DNA from: a virus
Lineage: Duplodnaviria; Caudoviricetes
Direction: 5' to 3' (one strand)
Length of the DNA: 64,000 nucleotides
IMG/VR virus record: IMGVR_UViG_3300017963_000189
Positions 33,198 through 43,396 of this stretch are shown piece after piece (within the stretch, counting starts at the first letter, position 1; each line of letters opens with the position of its first letter). The notes beneath the pieces were generated by a model, which was not told the DNA's origin, searched no databases, and saw only the letters and a program-made list of their open reading frames with translations. The translations under genes were made by a program, and so were the position numbers.

Positions 33198-34344
33198 TTT
33201 GTATCTCCTTTATCTTTTCTATTACCATGTCACCGGAAATCCTTTTGGTACACTCAAATTGTCTACCACTGTCTTTGTGATACGGACACCAATTCCAATC
33301 ACCTTTATCAAATTCTACAAATGTGTCCACAAAACATCCCGTACATACCATACCATCATCTTTTTGAACATAATAATTGTTTTCTTTGAACTCAAACCAT
33401 GACTTTGAAAACCCACTAATCATTATCACTTTCTTTTTCAAGGCCCACGCTAACCAAGATAATCCTGATGTCAAACCTATAAAAAATATACAACGATTTA
33501 TTATGTCAATCACGTCTTGTATAGGTTTATCTTTTATCACCGTTACATTATCTAAGTCACATCCCTCTTTTGAAATTGATACCACTTCATAACCTTGATC
33601 TACTAAATAATCTACCACTTGTCGCCAACCATCAGGATTGTTCCAATACTTTGCTTGAGCGGTTGAATGTGTCGCTATACAAACATATGGTTTCTTCGGT
33701 CTTTCCATATTCGAATATGGAATATCTATTTCTGGGCGAATCTCTTTATACTCCAATCCCAACATATCAGTCGCCGTTTGTTGTAAAGGTATGGTTCTCC
33801 AATCCCTTTTATTTTTGAACGGATCATTAGGATTTATTCCGATAACATACATAGCATACAGATCATCCATTTCTACTCCAGGATTTACAAATTTAATTTT
33901 GGGATACTTACTGACGAAAAGTCCATTCCAGAATGTTGAACATATCACTTCGCATTGATGTTTTTTTCTAAATTCCTCTACATAAGGTATCCATGCTATT
34001 GTATCTCCAAGAGCTTTACTGTCAAGTTGAATATACACTCGTCTATTTTTTGCATTATAATCATGTATAAACAATGGTTTCTTATTTTTGAATACTCTTA
34101 TTTGATAATTGATAAACCATTTGAAATCTTCTTTTATCCAATGATTTATTTTTATTGTATCATGTTTTACTATTTCATTGTTTCTATCTTTATCTAATAA
34201 AAGTATATCGTAATCATTGTTATTCTTTTCGCCGAGAATCTCTACAAATGGTTGTCCTACAAAATGAAAATTCATCCTCTCTCTCATTTCATTCGTACCA
34301 CGTCTCTTACTATTCTCGTATATGTCTATAAGTCTCTCTTTCAT
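33190..34344 (-). CDS. Autotransporter O-heptosyltransferase (TibC/Aah)-like glycosyltransferase
   Basis: DSKALGDTIAW, STAQAKYWNN, FIGLTSGLSWLAW, CTGC...WCP...FECTK. Confidence 0.8.
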   Translation of the reverse strand: MKERLIDIYENSKRRGTNEMRERMNFHFVGQPFVEILGEKNNNDYDILLLDKDRNNEIVKHDTIKINHWIKEDFKWFINYQIRVFKNKKPLFIHDYNAKNRRVYIQLDSKALGDTIAWIPYVEEFRKKHQCEVICSTFWNGLFVSKYPKIKFVNPGVEMDDLYAMYVIGINPNDPFKNKRDWRTIPLQQTATDMLGLEYKEIRPEIDIPYSNMERPKKPYVCIATHSTAQAKYWNNPDGWRQVVDYLVDQGYEVVSISKEGCDLDNVTVIKDKPIQDVIDIINRCIFFIGLTSGLSWLAWALKKKVIMISGFSKSWFEFKENNYYVQKDDGMVCTGCFVDTFVEFDKGDWNWCPYHKDSGRQFECTKRISGDMVIEKIKEIQNV

Positions 34345-35286
34345 CCTAATACAACTCGTCTTATATTTATCGCGTCAAATACGGGCTCGCCCGTGAGAAA
34401 ATATACATCGTCATAGTTGGCGAAACGATTATCATAATACTCAAGATTAAATAAAAATAAAGGTTTCTTCCAACTCAAAGCTTCCTTAACAACTAAAGGA
34501 TTACACTCCGCTATATTCGATGGAAATACAACAGCGTCACAGTGTGCGTAGTAATCGTCAACGTTATCTTTTTCGCCATGAATGAAACAATTCAATGGTT
34601 TATCCTCATAAAGGTTTCCAATAATCCTCAAAATTCTTGGCGTAATTTCCAACAAAATCAAATACTATTTTGTCCTTTATATTCTTGTCTAAATAACGCG
34701 CCAGTTCAAACGCATATCCTTGATTCTTATTTGGTGTAAATAACCCTACCACTAAGATATGCTTACAATTTCTCATTATATCTATATAGGGATACGGACG
34801 TTCTTCACCTACTTGTTCTTTTACTTCATATTCCACAATCTCTTTTGGTATATCTATAATGTTATATTGTTTCACTTGATACGGACTTACCATTACAAAT
34901 CTATCAGGATAAAACCTTTTCTTTTGTGGATTAAATTCAACCGTATGTGATGTTTCAAAAATCATAAATCGTCTACTATGATCATAAACGATTTCAGCAA
35001 TTTTATCATCCATAAAAAGTTCAGGTACTTCTTGTAAATGAATAATGTCAGGTTGTATTTGTTCTATATAAGATAATAACACTTCTTTATCATTATCAAG
35101 TGATAAGAAACTATCTCCAAGTAAATCTATTATTTTATTTCGTTGAACCACATAATGATCAGATAACTTTTCATATTCAACAATATAAATATCGTATGTA
35201 TCAACCAAAAGTTCTATTGTTCTCAATAGATATTGAGGCATTCCACCAGTTGAAAGATGTGGAACGATGTACATAACTTTTTTCAT
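34341..35286 (-). pseudogene. GT4-like glycosyltransferase split by a +1 frameshift near 34610
   Basis: N part (PHLSTGGMPQY...PNKNQ...YWKPL*) and C part (KPLNCFIHGE...FPS..ECNPLVVKEALSW) are consecutive halves in different frames. Confidence 0.7.
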
Positions 35287-35609
35287 ACAATCTCTTTCAT
35301 TATTATTTTCGCCCGTTTCGAAGGCTCTTTTGTCATAAATGGAACTGGGCGAGCCGTTGTGTAATCGTACTCGTTACGACCACAAGTTATATCGATTATG
35401 TCACCGGTCTCAGGATTCCTGAGAAACCAATGCGTGCCTTCCTCAATCTCCATACAATAAGGTTTATAACCTTTCTCTTTTCCCTCTAAATGATAATAAA
35501 CTTCACTCGCGGTATAACAATGACCGAATAACGGTCTATCTTTATCCCTATACTTTTTCTTTATAAGTTCAGGATGATTTATAAGTGATTTCTTTATTTC
35601 ATTTATCAA
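35283..35609 (-). CDS. Hypothetical protein
   Basis: GHCYTASE...HWFL motif. Confidence 0.7.
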   Translation of the reverse strand: MINEIKKSLINHPELIKKKYRDKDRPLFGHCYTASEVYYHLEGKEKGYKPYCMEIEEGTHWFLRNPETGDIIDITCGRNEYDYTTARPVPFMTKEPSKRAKIIMKEIV

Positions 35610-35784
35610 CCGTTACTCCATATGGTTTTTCACGATGGTTAGGAGTTTTCCCTACCATTTGTGGAATATAATTTACTTGTTTATACTCTCTACATCCTTG
35701 ACAATCACCAACTTGTTTTGCTGATACCAACAACCAAATCCTATCTATATCATAATGTGGAGCACATTCGTCACATACTAACAT
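35599..35784 (-). CDS. Small zinc-binding hypothetical protein
   Basis: CDEC...CQGC. Confidence 0.55.
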   Translation of the reverse strand: MLVCDECAPHYDIDRIWLLVSAKQVGDCQGCREYKQVNYIPQMVGKTPNHREKPYGVTVDK

Positions 35785-35811
35785 TGTTTTCTCTCGTTTG
35801 GAAATAAATAA

Positions 35812-35892
35812 AAAAGGCTTTACAGGTCAGCCACTCGCATCCCACCGGTTTGTTTCACCCGCCAAAGCCTTGTCCGCTGCGTAAAACCTTTT
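35812..35892 (-). ncRNA. Unidentified structured RNA (81 nt)
   Basis: AAAAGGTTTTAC/GTAAAGCCTTTT terminal helix, GC-rich core, abuts tRNA-Thr. Confidence 0.4.
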
Positions 35893-35894
35893 TG

Positions 35895-35966
35895 AGCTCC
35901 CTATCAGAATCGAACTGATAACTTCTACTTACGAGGCAGATATTTTTCCAATTAAACTAAAGGAGC
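35895..35966 (-). tRNA. trnT: tRNA-Thr(CGT)
   Basis: Cloverleaf. Confidence 0.9.
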
Positions 35967-35968
35967 AT

Positions 35969-36052
35969 AAACGGCAACTAATTTACTTGTCGTGATTTTT
36001 TTCGTATAGGAATTTGCTCACGAAACAAACCCTAAAGAATGAGTTGCCGTTT
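35969..36052 (-). ncRNA. Unidentified structured RNA (84 nt)
   Basis: AAACGGCAACT/AGTTGCCGTTT 11-bp terminal helix. Confidence 0.4.
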
Positions 36053-36116
36053 GAACCTCGCTGTGATAAATCACTAGCGACCGGTCCCGTTATATTTTCG
36101 TTCTTGTCTATAAATA

Positions 36117-36539
36117 TTATACGTCTGAATTTTCAATAAGTTCCGCGGCTCTCTCTAAAAAGAAAATTTTATCTGTTTCAAGATCTGTATATACTCTTGT
36201 CCATGTTGGAGCACGAAATTCACCATCTACATAATCCAAATCAATTTGATCAACCGCATCACTACCAGTTTCCATATCTTCATATGTTTTAGCATATGTT
36301 TCGAACCATAAAATGTTTTCAGGTTTTGTTCCTTTTGGAAATACATCTTCTTGATTAAATAACTTTGTAGCAATCGTTTCACAAGCATTTGTTACACTTG
36401 TTCCGGTATCAGGAACTCCGGGCTCAGTCATTACAACTACACATTTTCCTTTATGTGTATACACTTGAACTATACACCATGAATCATGAATACCATATCC
36501 CTTGTATTCAAATCTAAAGTCTACATAATGTTGTTTCAT
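36117..36539 (-). CDS. Hypothetical protein
   Basis: GTSVTNACETIA motif. Confidence 0.7.
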   Translation of the reverse strand: MKQHYVDFRFEYKGYGIHDSWCIVQVYTHKGKCVVVMTEPGVPDTGTSVTNACETIATKLFNQEDVFPKGTKPENILWFETYAKTYEDMETGSDAVDQIDLDYVDGEFRAPTWTRVYTDLETDKIFFLERAAELIENSDV

Positions 36540-36746
36540 TTACTTACCTTTCCCGGCGACATACCTACCTTTCGCCAATTCCTCTAAATGTTGTTCAATT
36601 TTTATGACCTTTTCCTGAAGCGCGTTTAACTCAACTTGCTTTAGCGCAACAGTTGGTTCAGTTTTTACGGCATTCAATGACCGAATTGCCGATTCAACTA
36701 ATTTTTCAAGATGTGTTTTTGTGTTTATTGGTATTGATGTACTCAT
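36540..36746 (-). CDS. Hypothetical protein
   Basis: Co-oriented ORF. Confidence 0.6.
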   Translation of the reverse strand: MSTSIPINTKTHLEKLVESAIRSLNAVKTEPTVALKQVELNALQEKVIKIEQHLEELAKGRYVAGKGK

Positions 36747-36749
36747 AAC

Positions 36750-36971
36750 TTACTCCTTAAAAATTTCTCTAAGTTCCTTTTTTAAATCTTCTATTTCTTT
36801 TTCTTGTTTCGTCATTCTTTCTATCGCAATTTGTATTGTAGTCATATCCCACGTACCACCATAAACACCATATGTAGTTAAAGTTGTACTCAATTCGTCT
36901 TTCGCCACTCTTAGTTGGCGACGAAGTTCCTTGTAACGTTTACGTCGAGCTAAATAATCAACCAATTTCAC
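36750..36971 (-). CDS. Hypothetical protein
   Basis: Co-oriented ORF. Confidence 0.6.
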   Translation of the reverse strand: MKLVDYLARRKRYKELRRQLRVAKDELSTTLTTYGVYGGTWDMTTIQIAIERMTKQEKEIEDLKKELREIFKE

Positions 36972-37207
36972 TTTTTTCTCCCATCGATTTGTTTTTTGAT
37001 GTCTCTTATTATTTCAATTTCATTTTCAAGAACCTTGATGAACTCATTTAACTCAACTTGAGCCATTGAACGTTCAACTTTACTTCCACCATTCTTTAAT
37101 AAATCTATCAACGTAAGCCCATTGATCTTCCAAAATGATTTCATCTTTGTCGCCCGTAACTTTCGCGCGTCTCGTATCTCATTTCTAATCCAATCAACTC
37201 TCGACAT
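36968..37207 (-). CDS. Hypothetical protein
   Basis: Co-oriented ORF. Confidence 0.6.
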   Translation of the reverse strand: MSRVDWIRNEIRDARKLRATKMKSFWKINGLTLIDLLKNGGSKVERSMAQVELNEFIKVLENEIEIIRDIKKQIDGRKK

Positions 37208-37890
37208 TATAATACCATCGCTTTCTCGTGACCTACTATTATACTTGGATCAACCATTATTTTCATTCCTTTTTCAATTACCGTTCTACAAAATCCCACA
37301 TCCTCACTCGTAAAGTCTGTCATAATAATTCCATTATCTAAAGGTATATCTTCCCATATAGGCTTAAACCAGGGATAACCAACTTTTTCAAATACACCTT
37401 TTCGTACTAACATAAAACCCATACCGGTATAGGCGACTTCAATTAATGTGTCTTTATCATATACTTTTAAATCGTCAACACTCATAAATTTGAATGTACC
37501 ACTTCTTTTAAAAAATTCCAAATCCCAATTTACAACTGTTGCGAAGTGTTTTTGATCTTCCATTCTATATAAACCAGATACTATATCAAGTTGTGGATAA
37601 CCCTCAAGTGTGGCGACTAACTTAAAAAATTGTTCAGGATTCCATACTATATCCGAATCAATCCACATCATGTAATCATAATCTACTTGACCTTGAAAAG
37701 GCTTTTGATCCTTACCTCTTAGATTGTCGCCCCCTAAACACATATTACGGGCATAATAAACAACACTACTATACTTGTTTATAACCTGAAACTCAATGCC
37801 TCGTCTCCATAATTGACCAAGAGTTTCACTCCAAGACATTAAAAACTTGTTCGAATATGTTCTCCCAGGTATTGCTAAAATTATTTTCAT
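37207..37890 (-). CDS. GT-A fold glycosyltransferase
   Basis: DYDYMMWIDSDI, GMGFMLVRKGVFE, SEDVGFC. Confidence 0.85.
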   Translation of the reverse strand: MKIILAIPGRTYSNKFLMSWSETLGQLWRRGIEFQVINKYSSVVYYARNMCLGGDNLRGKDQKPFQGQVDYDYMMWIDSDIVWNPEQFFKLVATLEGYPQLDIVSGLYRMEDQKHFATVVNWDLEFFKRSGTFKFMSVDDLKVYDKDTLIEVAYTGMGFMLVRKGVFEKVGYPWFKPIWEDIPLDNGIIMTDFTSEDVGFCRTVIEKGMKIMVDPSIIVGHEKAMVL

Positions 37891-38153
37891 ACATTCACCG
37901 TTTTGTCCACTGATAAATGATATTCACCTTTGATACGATAACTCGGAAATAGACGAACAAAATCAAGTTTGATTTTTTGTTCAACATTATTTATAACAGA
38001 ATCATCTATATATGTTTTGTTTTCTTCCTTTTGATAATATCTTATCACTACAAACCAAGTATCATCTTGTTCCCAATAATGAATAATATCATGTTCAAAA
38101 TTTCCATACCAACTATCAATGGCTCGTTGTACGTCTACATTTTGTAACTTCAT
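37887..38153 (-). CDS. Hypothetical protein
   Basis: Co-oriented ORF. Confidence 0.6.
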   Translation of the reverse strand: MKLQNVDVQRAIDSWYGNFEHDIIHYWEQDDTWFVVIRYYQKEENKTYIDDSVINNVEQKIKLDFVRLFPSYRIKGEYHLSVDKTVNV

Positions 38154-38401
38154 TTCTCTACCTCTTTTTTATATGTCGCCTGACACACTCGACAACGATA
38201 TACAATAGTATAATCAAGATACTGCCCATCGTCGTCCTCTTTAATCTCCAAACACTTCTCCGTATATAAGTGTTCCTCTTTACAATTATGCTCGCCAACA
38301 TATCGGGGACGCGGAACTACATCCACGTGCCCGATTGTTAACCCCAAATCCCTTAATTTCTTGTACTCTTTACTCAACATAAATAACCTTATTGAACTCA
38401 C
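38150..38401 (-). CDS. Hypothetical protein
   Basis: Co-oriented ORF, CRVC motif. Confidence 0.55.
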   Translation of the reverse strand: MSSIRLFMLSKEYKKLRDLGLTIGHVDVVPRPRYVGEHNCKEEHLYTEKCLEIKEDDDGQYLDYTIVYRCRVCQATYKKEVEK

Positions 38402-39431
38402 TCTTTAAAGATTGTTCACCTTTCTTGAATAATTTATATTGTTTACGGATAATTGATTCCGGTACAACTGATCTATCAACTCCATTTTCTATATCCTTGT
38501 TTACTCGTTCTAATGAAGTTTCTACATCAGATTCAAATACAACGGCTATCTTTTGCGCACCATTGAAATCAGCCATAAACTCAACTCTCAACCATTTATT
38601 TACATTGGTAGCATCCAAATACACTTTACCATATCTACGTAACGCGACTTTCATTCTTATTTTCGCGGTTGGCCAAACTTCAGCATTCATAGATTGATCG
38701 GAAACATCACCGGTCAACTCTCTACGAATATCGTCTGGCGAAACAATGTATTTTGGATCAACATTTTTTAAATAACGAGATTTACCTGAACCAGATATTC
38801 CAACCATTACATATACCTTTTTACTGGAATGTCTTTGTTTGAAATATACCCACTTTTCTTTGATAACGTTTTTCAACCTATCAGACCAATCGGATTCTTT
38901 CAAATATAATTGTTTGGATATAACCTTGTCAGCGGTAATAAAATCATCTAAATCGGGATCATCTTGTAACTTCTTGTGACCCGGATTCAAATCCATATGT
39001 TTATCAATCATACGATAAGTTAAATCATAATGTTTGATTCTATTTTTTATAGATTCTAAATACTTTATAGATTCTTTTGGATGTCCAAAAGCATATATAC
39101 GATCATTACCTACATTAGTCTTAGTTCCCTTACCATAATCATGTAAAAAAGCTGCTTCTAACAAATCAGGACGTTTTAATTTCCATACAGCCATTACTAC
39201 ATAATAAGTGTGATAAAAAGCATCAAACTCAGGGTGATGGTTCAAACCTTGTGGAACGCCCTCTAAAGCGTTTACAACCTTAGCGGTAATATCATATTCA
39301 CGTAACGCTCTTTTCCATTCCTCTATATAAGTAGCATTAGTAACAATTCTACGTTGTGGATATTCACGAACAATCGCCCGTGAACATAACCAAGTTTCAA
39401 CCAATATGTTTTTTAAACTTTGTTGTGCCAT
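38370..39431 (-). CDS. HD-domain phosphohydrolase fused to P-loop polynucleotide kinase (AAA_33)
   Basis: HH...HT...LHDYGK...GH; GISGSGKS, SPDDIRREL, LDATN. Confidence 0.85.
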   Translation of the reverse strand: MAQQSLKNILVETWLCSRAIVREYPQRRIVTNATYIEEWKRALREYDITAKVVNALEGVPQGLNHHPEFDAFYHTYYVVMAVWKLKRPDLLEAAFLHDYGKGTKTNVGNDRIYAFGHPKESIKYLESIKNRIKHYDLTYRMIDKHMDLNPGHKKLQDDPDLDDFITADKVISKQLYLKESDWSDRLKNVIKEKWVYFKQRHSSKKVYVMVGISGSGKSRYLKNVDPKYIVSPDDIRRELTGDVSDQSMNAEVWPTAKIRMKVALRRYGKVYLDATNVNKWLRVEFMADFNGAQKIAVVFESDVETSLERVNKDIENGVDRSVVPESIIRKQYKLFKKGEQSLKSEFNKVIYVE

Positions 39432-39471
39432 AATAACCTCTTTTCTTACCTATAAGTTACAAAACTTTTTA

Positions 39472-40080
39472 CTAAATGTCAAGTGTTTTTTTCAATATTT
39501 TTTCCTTTTCTAATACCTTATGTAACGCTTGTAAAATAAACAACTCATACTCTTTTCCTGCTCTCGCATACATATGAGTAATAACATTCTTTGGATCAAA
39601 ACCCTTTCGATATGGGCGATCCTGCGTCATAGCATCATAAACATCAACTATCGCTAATATCTGGGCGAGCCCGTTGAACTCCGTTCCCTTTAAACCATTT
39701 GGATAACCTGTACCATTCAACTTCTCATGATGTTGCTCAACTATCTCAGCTTCAGCATCCATACCAAGTGACCGTAAAATCGTAGCACTGTCTGATGGAT
39801 GTTGTTTGATACTCTCATATTCTTCGCCAGTTAATTTACCGGGTTTAAATAAAATACCCTTTGGTATCTTGATTTTTCCCACATCATGATAATACGCTGC
39901 ACGTGTTACCAGGTTCGCGGTTTTCAAGTCTAAACCCAACTCTTGGGCGACCATCTTAACAATCCTACCAACCCTTAAAGAATGTTTTTGGGTATAATCA
40001 GAGTCCTCTACGGCTTTCAGAAGACTCATTGTGATTAATACCCTTTGATAGTCTATTTCAAATTTAGTGTCCTTTGCCAT
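39472..40080 (-). CDS. HD-GYP domain phosphodiesterase
   Basis: HSLRV, HDVGKI, HHEKLNGTGYPNGL, DVYDAMT..RPYR. Confidence 0.92.
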   Translation of the reverse strand: MAKDTKFEIDYQRVLITMSLLKAVEDSDYTQKHSLRVGRIVKMVAQELGLDLKTANLVTRAAYYHDVGKIKIPKGILFKPGKLTGEEYESIKQHPSDSATILRSLGMDAEAEIVEQHHEKLNGTGYPNGLKGTEFNGLAQILAIVDVYDAMTQDRPYRKGFDPKNVITHMYARAGKEYELFILQALHKVLEKEKILKKTLDI

Positions 40081-41260
40081 TTATTTTCTCTACCAATAAA
40101 TTTTTTATTCGTTTTAATCCCTTTTGTTCGTACAATCCATGTATTACATCTATCGCCTTTAATTCAGGTTTATCTACCATAGTGAAAATAAATCCAACTC
40201 GATCACGTTTGATTTTATCTTGTATCTCTAACGCTAACTCTTTACGAGACATTTCAGGCGCTCTTTTTCTATAATACTCACCCTCTTTAGATAAATATTC
40301 AATCAATTCAAAATACCTTTTTTTCAACAACTTATATTCTTCTTTTACGGAATCAGGTAACTTGTCCAAATATACTTCAAATTCTTCTTCCTCGTTGTCC
40401 AATAAAACACCTACCAAGTTGTTAGTCACACCCTCGCCAGTAGCTACATGGTGTAAATGAACATACTTTGGCGACTTAACTTTTACTCGACCAACTACTA
40501 AATCATCTTTGAACTGAACAACTATAAATCCCTCAAATCCATTTCCCTTTTCATTCTCTTTATCAGCAATTTCAGATAATTCGGAAACATCCTTAACATC
40601 TTTCAAATCAAACAATCTTGGAAAACGTATAGAATATCCCTTGAACATCTTTTCGTATTTCTTCTTTATGGATTTATGGAATATATTAAAGTCACGTAAT
40701 TCACCATCGTTTTCTTTTAAACCAATGAAAACTAACTCTTTTACGCCTTCATAATCAACTACTATTTGATTTGATGGATGTACCAACTCAAACATATAAG
40801 TCAAATTTGGCGAAAATTCCGCAGTTAACTTTTCAAAATCTTCTTTAGAAACTACATCAAAGAAAATCTTGGAAAAAGAAATTCCATCCATATTAGACGC
40901 ATCATCAGCATCAATAGTTCCATTAGTTGCTACTCTCCATTCACCATCATAAAAATATACTTTTATAATAGAACCATCTACCTTTTCAACTACATAAGAA
41001 TCATCTAATATCAAATTGTAAGCATATATTTCACCGTAGTTGAAAAACTTATCAAATGGATGCGCAACTATATTCCAAGTTCCCTTTTCTAATATGATAC
41101 CACGAGATTCTTTTACAATCTTGTTAGAGAAATCGGAATTAAACTGATTATACTTGAATATAACTAAGTTATCCTTAGCATTAATATGCAAGTTGAACGG
41201 GTCTTTACGTAAATCATCTAAAGACCGTATTTTCAATATTTTTTGTAAGTTCAATTTCAC
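40064..41260 (-). CDS. T4 Rnl1-family RNA ligase
   Basis: ESRGIIL, PFDKFFNYGE, EKVDGSII, FELV, EGFIVV, VKVKS. Confidence 0.88.
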   Translation of the reverse strand: MKLNLQKILKIRSLDDLRKDPFNLHINAKDNLVIFKYNQFNSDFSNKIVKESRGIILEKGTWNIVAHPFDKFFNYGEIYAYNLILDDSYVVEKVDGSIIKVYFYDGEWRVATNGTIDADDASNMDGISFSKIFFDVVSKEDFEKLTAEFSPNLTYMFELVHPSNQIVVDYEGVKELVFIGLKENDGELRDFNIFHKSIKKKYEKMFKGYSIRFPRLFDLKDVKDVSELSEIADKENEKGNGFEGFIVVQFKDDLVVGRVKVKSPKYVHLHHVATGEGVTNNLVGVLLDNEEEEFEVYLDKLPDSVKEEYKLLKKRYFELIEYLSKEGEYYRKRAPEMSRKELALEIQDKIKRDRVGFIFTMVDKPELKAIDVIHGLYEQKGLKRIKNLLVEKINGKGH

Positions 41261-41286
41261 GTTATTTCTCCATTCATTTATACACC

Positions 41287-41315
41287 AATATACAAAATTA
41301 AAGTATAAATGTCAA
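41287..41315 (-). promoter_or_regulatory. sigma70-type promoter upstream of RNA ligase
   Basis: TTGACA-N17-TATATT exact. Confidence 0.8.
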
Positions 41316-41569
41316 CTGTTATTTTTATTATTTACGCCTTGTTTCGGTTTTGATACATATTCTTCAAATAATTTTACAAGATCATCTTCACATCCTAATT
41401 CTTCAGCAAGTTCATCTAATTTTAATCCGCCCATACCACCTACAATACCACATAACATATTACCCCAAATATCGGCTACCTGTTGATCATGTTTCAAATG
41501 AACTTGTCTTTTAATTTCTACCTCTTTTTCATTTTCATCAAGATAGAATTTTTCTCGATCCTCACTCAT
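41312..41569 (-). CDS. Hypothetical protein
   Basis: Co-oriented ORF. Confidence 0.6.
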   Translation of the reverse strand: MSEDREKFYLDENEKEVEIKRQVHLKHDQQVADIWGNMLCGIVGGMGGLKLDELAEELGCEDDLVKLFEEYVSKPKQGVNNKNNS

Positions 41570-41760
41570 TATACCAATGGAAGTTTACCGAATAACAGGA
41601 CGCCGTAATAGTTTAGAGTAACTAAAAGATTTACTACAAAAGCTACCCACATAAAAAATTTTATCAAGTTGTTAGCAACGCCTTTTTTATTCCAAAAATA
41701 CGCTGCTAAAAACAATAAAAATGTGTTTACGATTAAAACAATACCTAATAACATAACCAT
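41569..41760 (-). CDS. Small membrane protein
   Basis: Two TM helices. Confidence 0.6.
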   Translation of the reverse strand: MVMLLGIVLIVNTFLLFLAAYFWNKKGVANNLIKFFMWVAFVVNLLVTLNYYGVLLFGKLPLV

Positions 41761-41767
41761 TCTCCTT

Positions 41768-42070
41768 TTACTTGTTTCGTTTTGCTGCTCTACGAGCTTT
41801 CTTTTTTTCTTTTAACGGGTCTTGACCCTTTTTTACTTTGAATTTTTTCTTACCACTTTTTGAATCTTTTAAAATAGCATCTTCAATCATATCTCTCAAA
41901 TCACCCGCATTATCAATTAATTTTTGAAGTCTTTTCCGTTCTTTCTGAGCCCCTTTACCTTTACCATATTTGAAATCAAGTTGATCTAATTTCTGAGCTG
42001 CGGATATTTTAACTCGTTCTTTTGCTCGTTCTAATGCTTCTTTTTTCTTTTGTTCTTTACTTTTCGCCAT
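41768..42070 (-). CDS. Highly basic hypothetical protein
   Basis: K/R-rich; LD.K.G.GKGAQKERKRL. Confidence 0.65.
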   Translation of the reverse strand: MAKSKEQKKKEALERAKERVKISAAQKLDQLDFKYGKGKGAQKERKRLQKLIDNAGDLRDMIEDAILKDSKSGKKKFKVKKGQDPLKEKKKARRAAKRNK

Positions 42071-42337
42071 TTACATTACACCTTTTCTTTTCTTCTCTCT
42101 TGTAGTCCATATACGATCTAAAATGACCATAATAATTAGTAATACTCCAAATGTCAACCATCCAAATACTGCTGTAAATATATGTCCGATACAGATTGAT
42201 ATAATTATTGTAGCAATAACAAATAATATACATTGTCCATCTTCCATAAATATAACCCTTTCTTTTGTTTAGGTAAGCTGTTCCCTGGCCCCGTTAGTAA
42301 GTTTTACTACGCCCGGCAGAAAAAGTTCCCAACTTTT

Positions 42338-42664
42338 TCAGATTTTTCTATATTTATTTGCAAGTTTCTTTTGTCGTTTTGCTTCAATTTTTGCTTCCTC
42401 GATAACTCTAATATATTCCTTTAATGTTGTCCTATCATCAAGAGTAATCAAATCATATCCACTCAACATATCAATAAAATCACAGGCAGGAACATAACCT
42501 CTTTTCATATATATTTCGTCTACACATTCACGAGCATCAAGAAAATTCATTTGTTTTGACATTATCTTTCCTATCATCGCCAAAGTCGGCGTTACATAAT
42601 CTTGTGGATCATATAATTTACTTACTTCCGCTACATTAACACTAAAATATCTTGTTTTACTCAT
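42338..42664 (-). CDS. Hypothetical protein
   Basis: Start re-set to MSKTRY. Confidence 0.55.
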   Translation of the reverse strand: MSKTRYFSVNVAEVSKLYDPQDYVTPTLAMIGKIMSKQMNFLDARECVDEIYMKRGYVPACDFIDMLSGYDLITLDDRTTLKEYIRVIEEAKIEAKRQKKLANKYRKI

Positions 42665-42693
42665 AATATACGAAATAAAATAACCTTTGTCAA
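42665..42693 (-). promoter_or_regulatory. sigma70-type promoter (TTGACA-N17-TATATT)
   Basis: Exact match. Confidence 0.75.
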
Positions 42694-42703
42694 CTGTTTT
42701 TTG

Positions 42704-42787
42704 TGACCAGAGCGAGACTTGAACTCGCACGAGATTTCTCCCACAACGCCCTCAACGTTGCGCGTCTGCCTATTCCGCCATCTGGCC
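42704..42787 (-). tRNA. trnL: tRNA-Leu(GAG)
   Basis: Type II cloverleaf. Confidence 0.92.
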
Positions 42788-43027
42788 ATTTCCATTATCA
42801 AACAATTCACATTCCTCAACTACTTCGTGACCACATCTATAACCGTGAATACAATCTTTACAACAAGACTTCTTCCACAATTCTTTGAATGTCGCTCCGT
42901 TTTCTTTTATCCAATTCAATACAAACTCAACACCAGGATCAGCATCTATTCTAACACCTTCGCACCATTTTTCGATGTCGATTTTCTTTATTTGTACCAA
43001 CATATATTTTCTAAAGGAATGATCCAT
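42770..43027 (-). CDS. Small Cys-rich hypothetical protein
   Basis: DPG.EF..NWI; CCKDC...C...C. Confidence 0.65.
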   Translation of the reverse strand: MDHSFRKYMLVQIKKIDIEKWCEGVRIDADPGVEFVLNWIKENGATFKELWKKSCCKDCIHGYRCGHEVVEECELFDNGNGQMAE

Positions 43028-43030
43028 AAC

Positions 43031-43396
43031 CTACTCAACTTGTGAAATTTTCTCCAATACGTTTTCTACGTCATTTATCCCAAATCTTTTGTGTAAGAAA
43101 AAAACATAAGGATCATTGGACAATTCTGCAAGTGGAAATCCACTCATAAAAATTACCCTCAAATCATTTGATAATTCTCTTATCTTTTCATATACAACCA
43201 TTCCATTTACATCTGGCATCATCATATCGACAAATACCAAATCCAATTCATCTATATTCTTTTCGACCTTTTCTATTCCCTCAACGCCACCTAAGGCGAC
43301 AATAACCTCAATTCCTAACTCAAGTGATTCTAATATTTCTTGTAAATACTCGACCAATTCTTGTTCGTCGTCAATTATTAACACCAATTTCGCCAT
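43031..43396 (-). CDS. Single-domain response regulator (CheY-like receiver)
   Basis: LIIDDE, DLVFVDMMMPDVNG, IFMSG, LHK; start MAKLV. Confidence 0.9.
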   Translation of the reverse strand: MAKLVLIIDDEQELVEYLQEILESLELGIEVIVALGGVEGIEKVEKNIDELDLVFVDMMMPDVNGMVVYEKIRELSNDLRVIFMSGFPLAELSNDPYVFFLHKRFGINDVENVLEKISQVE

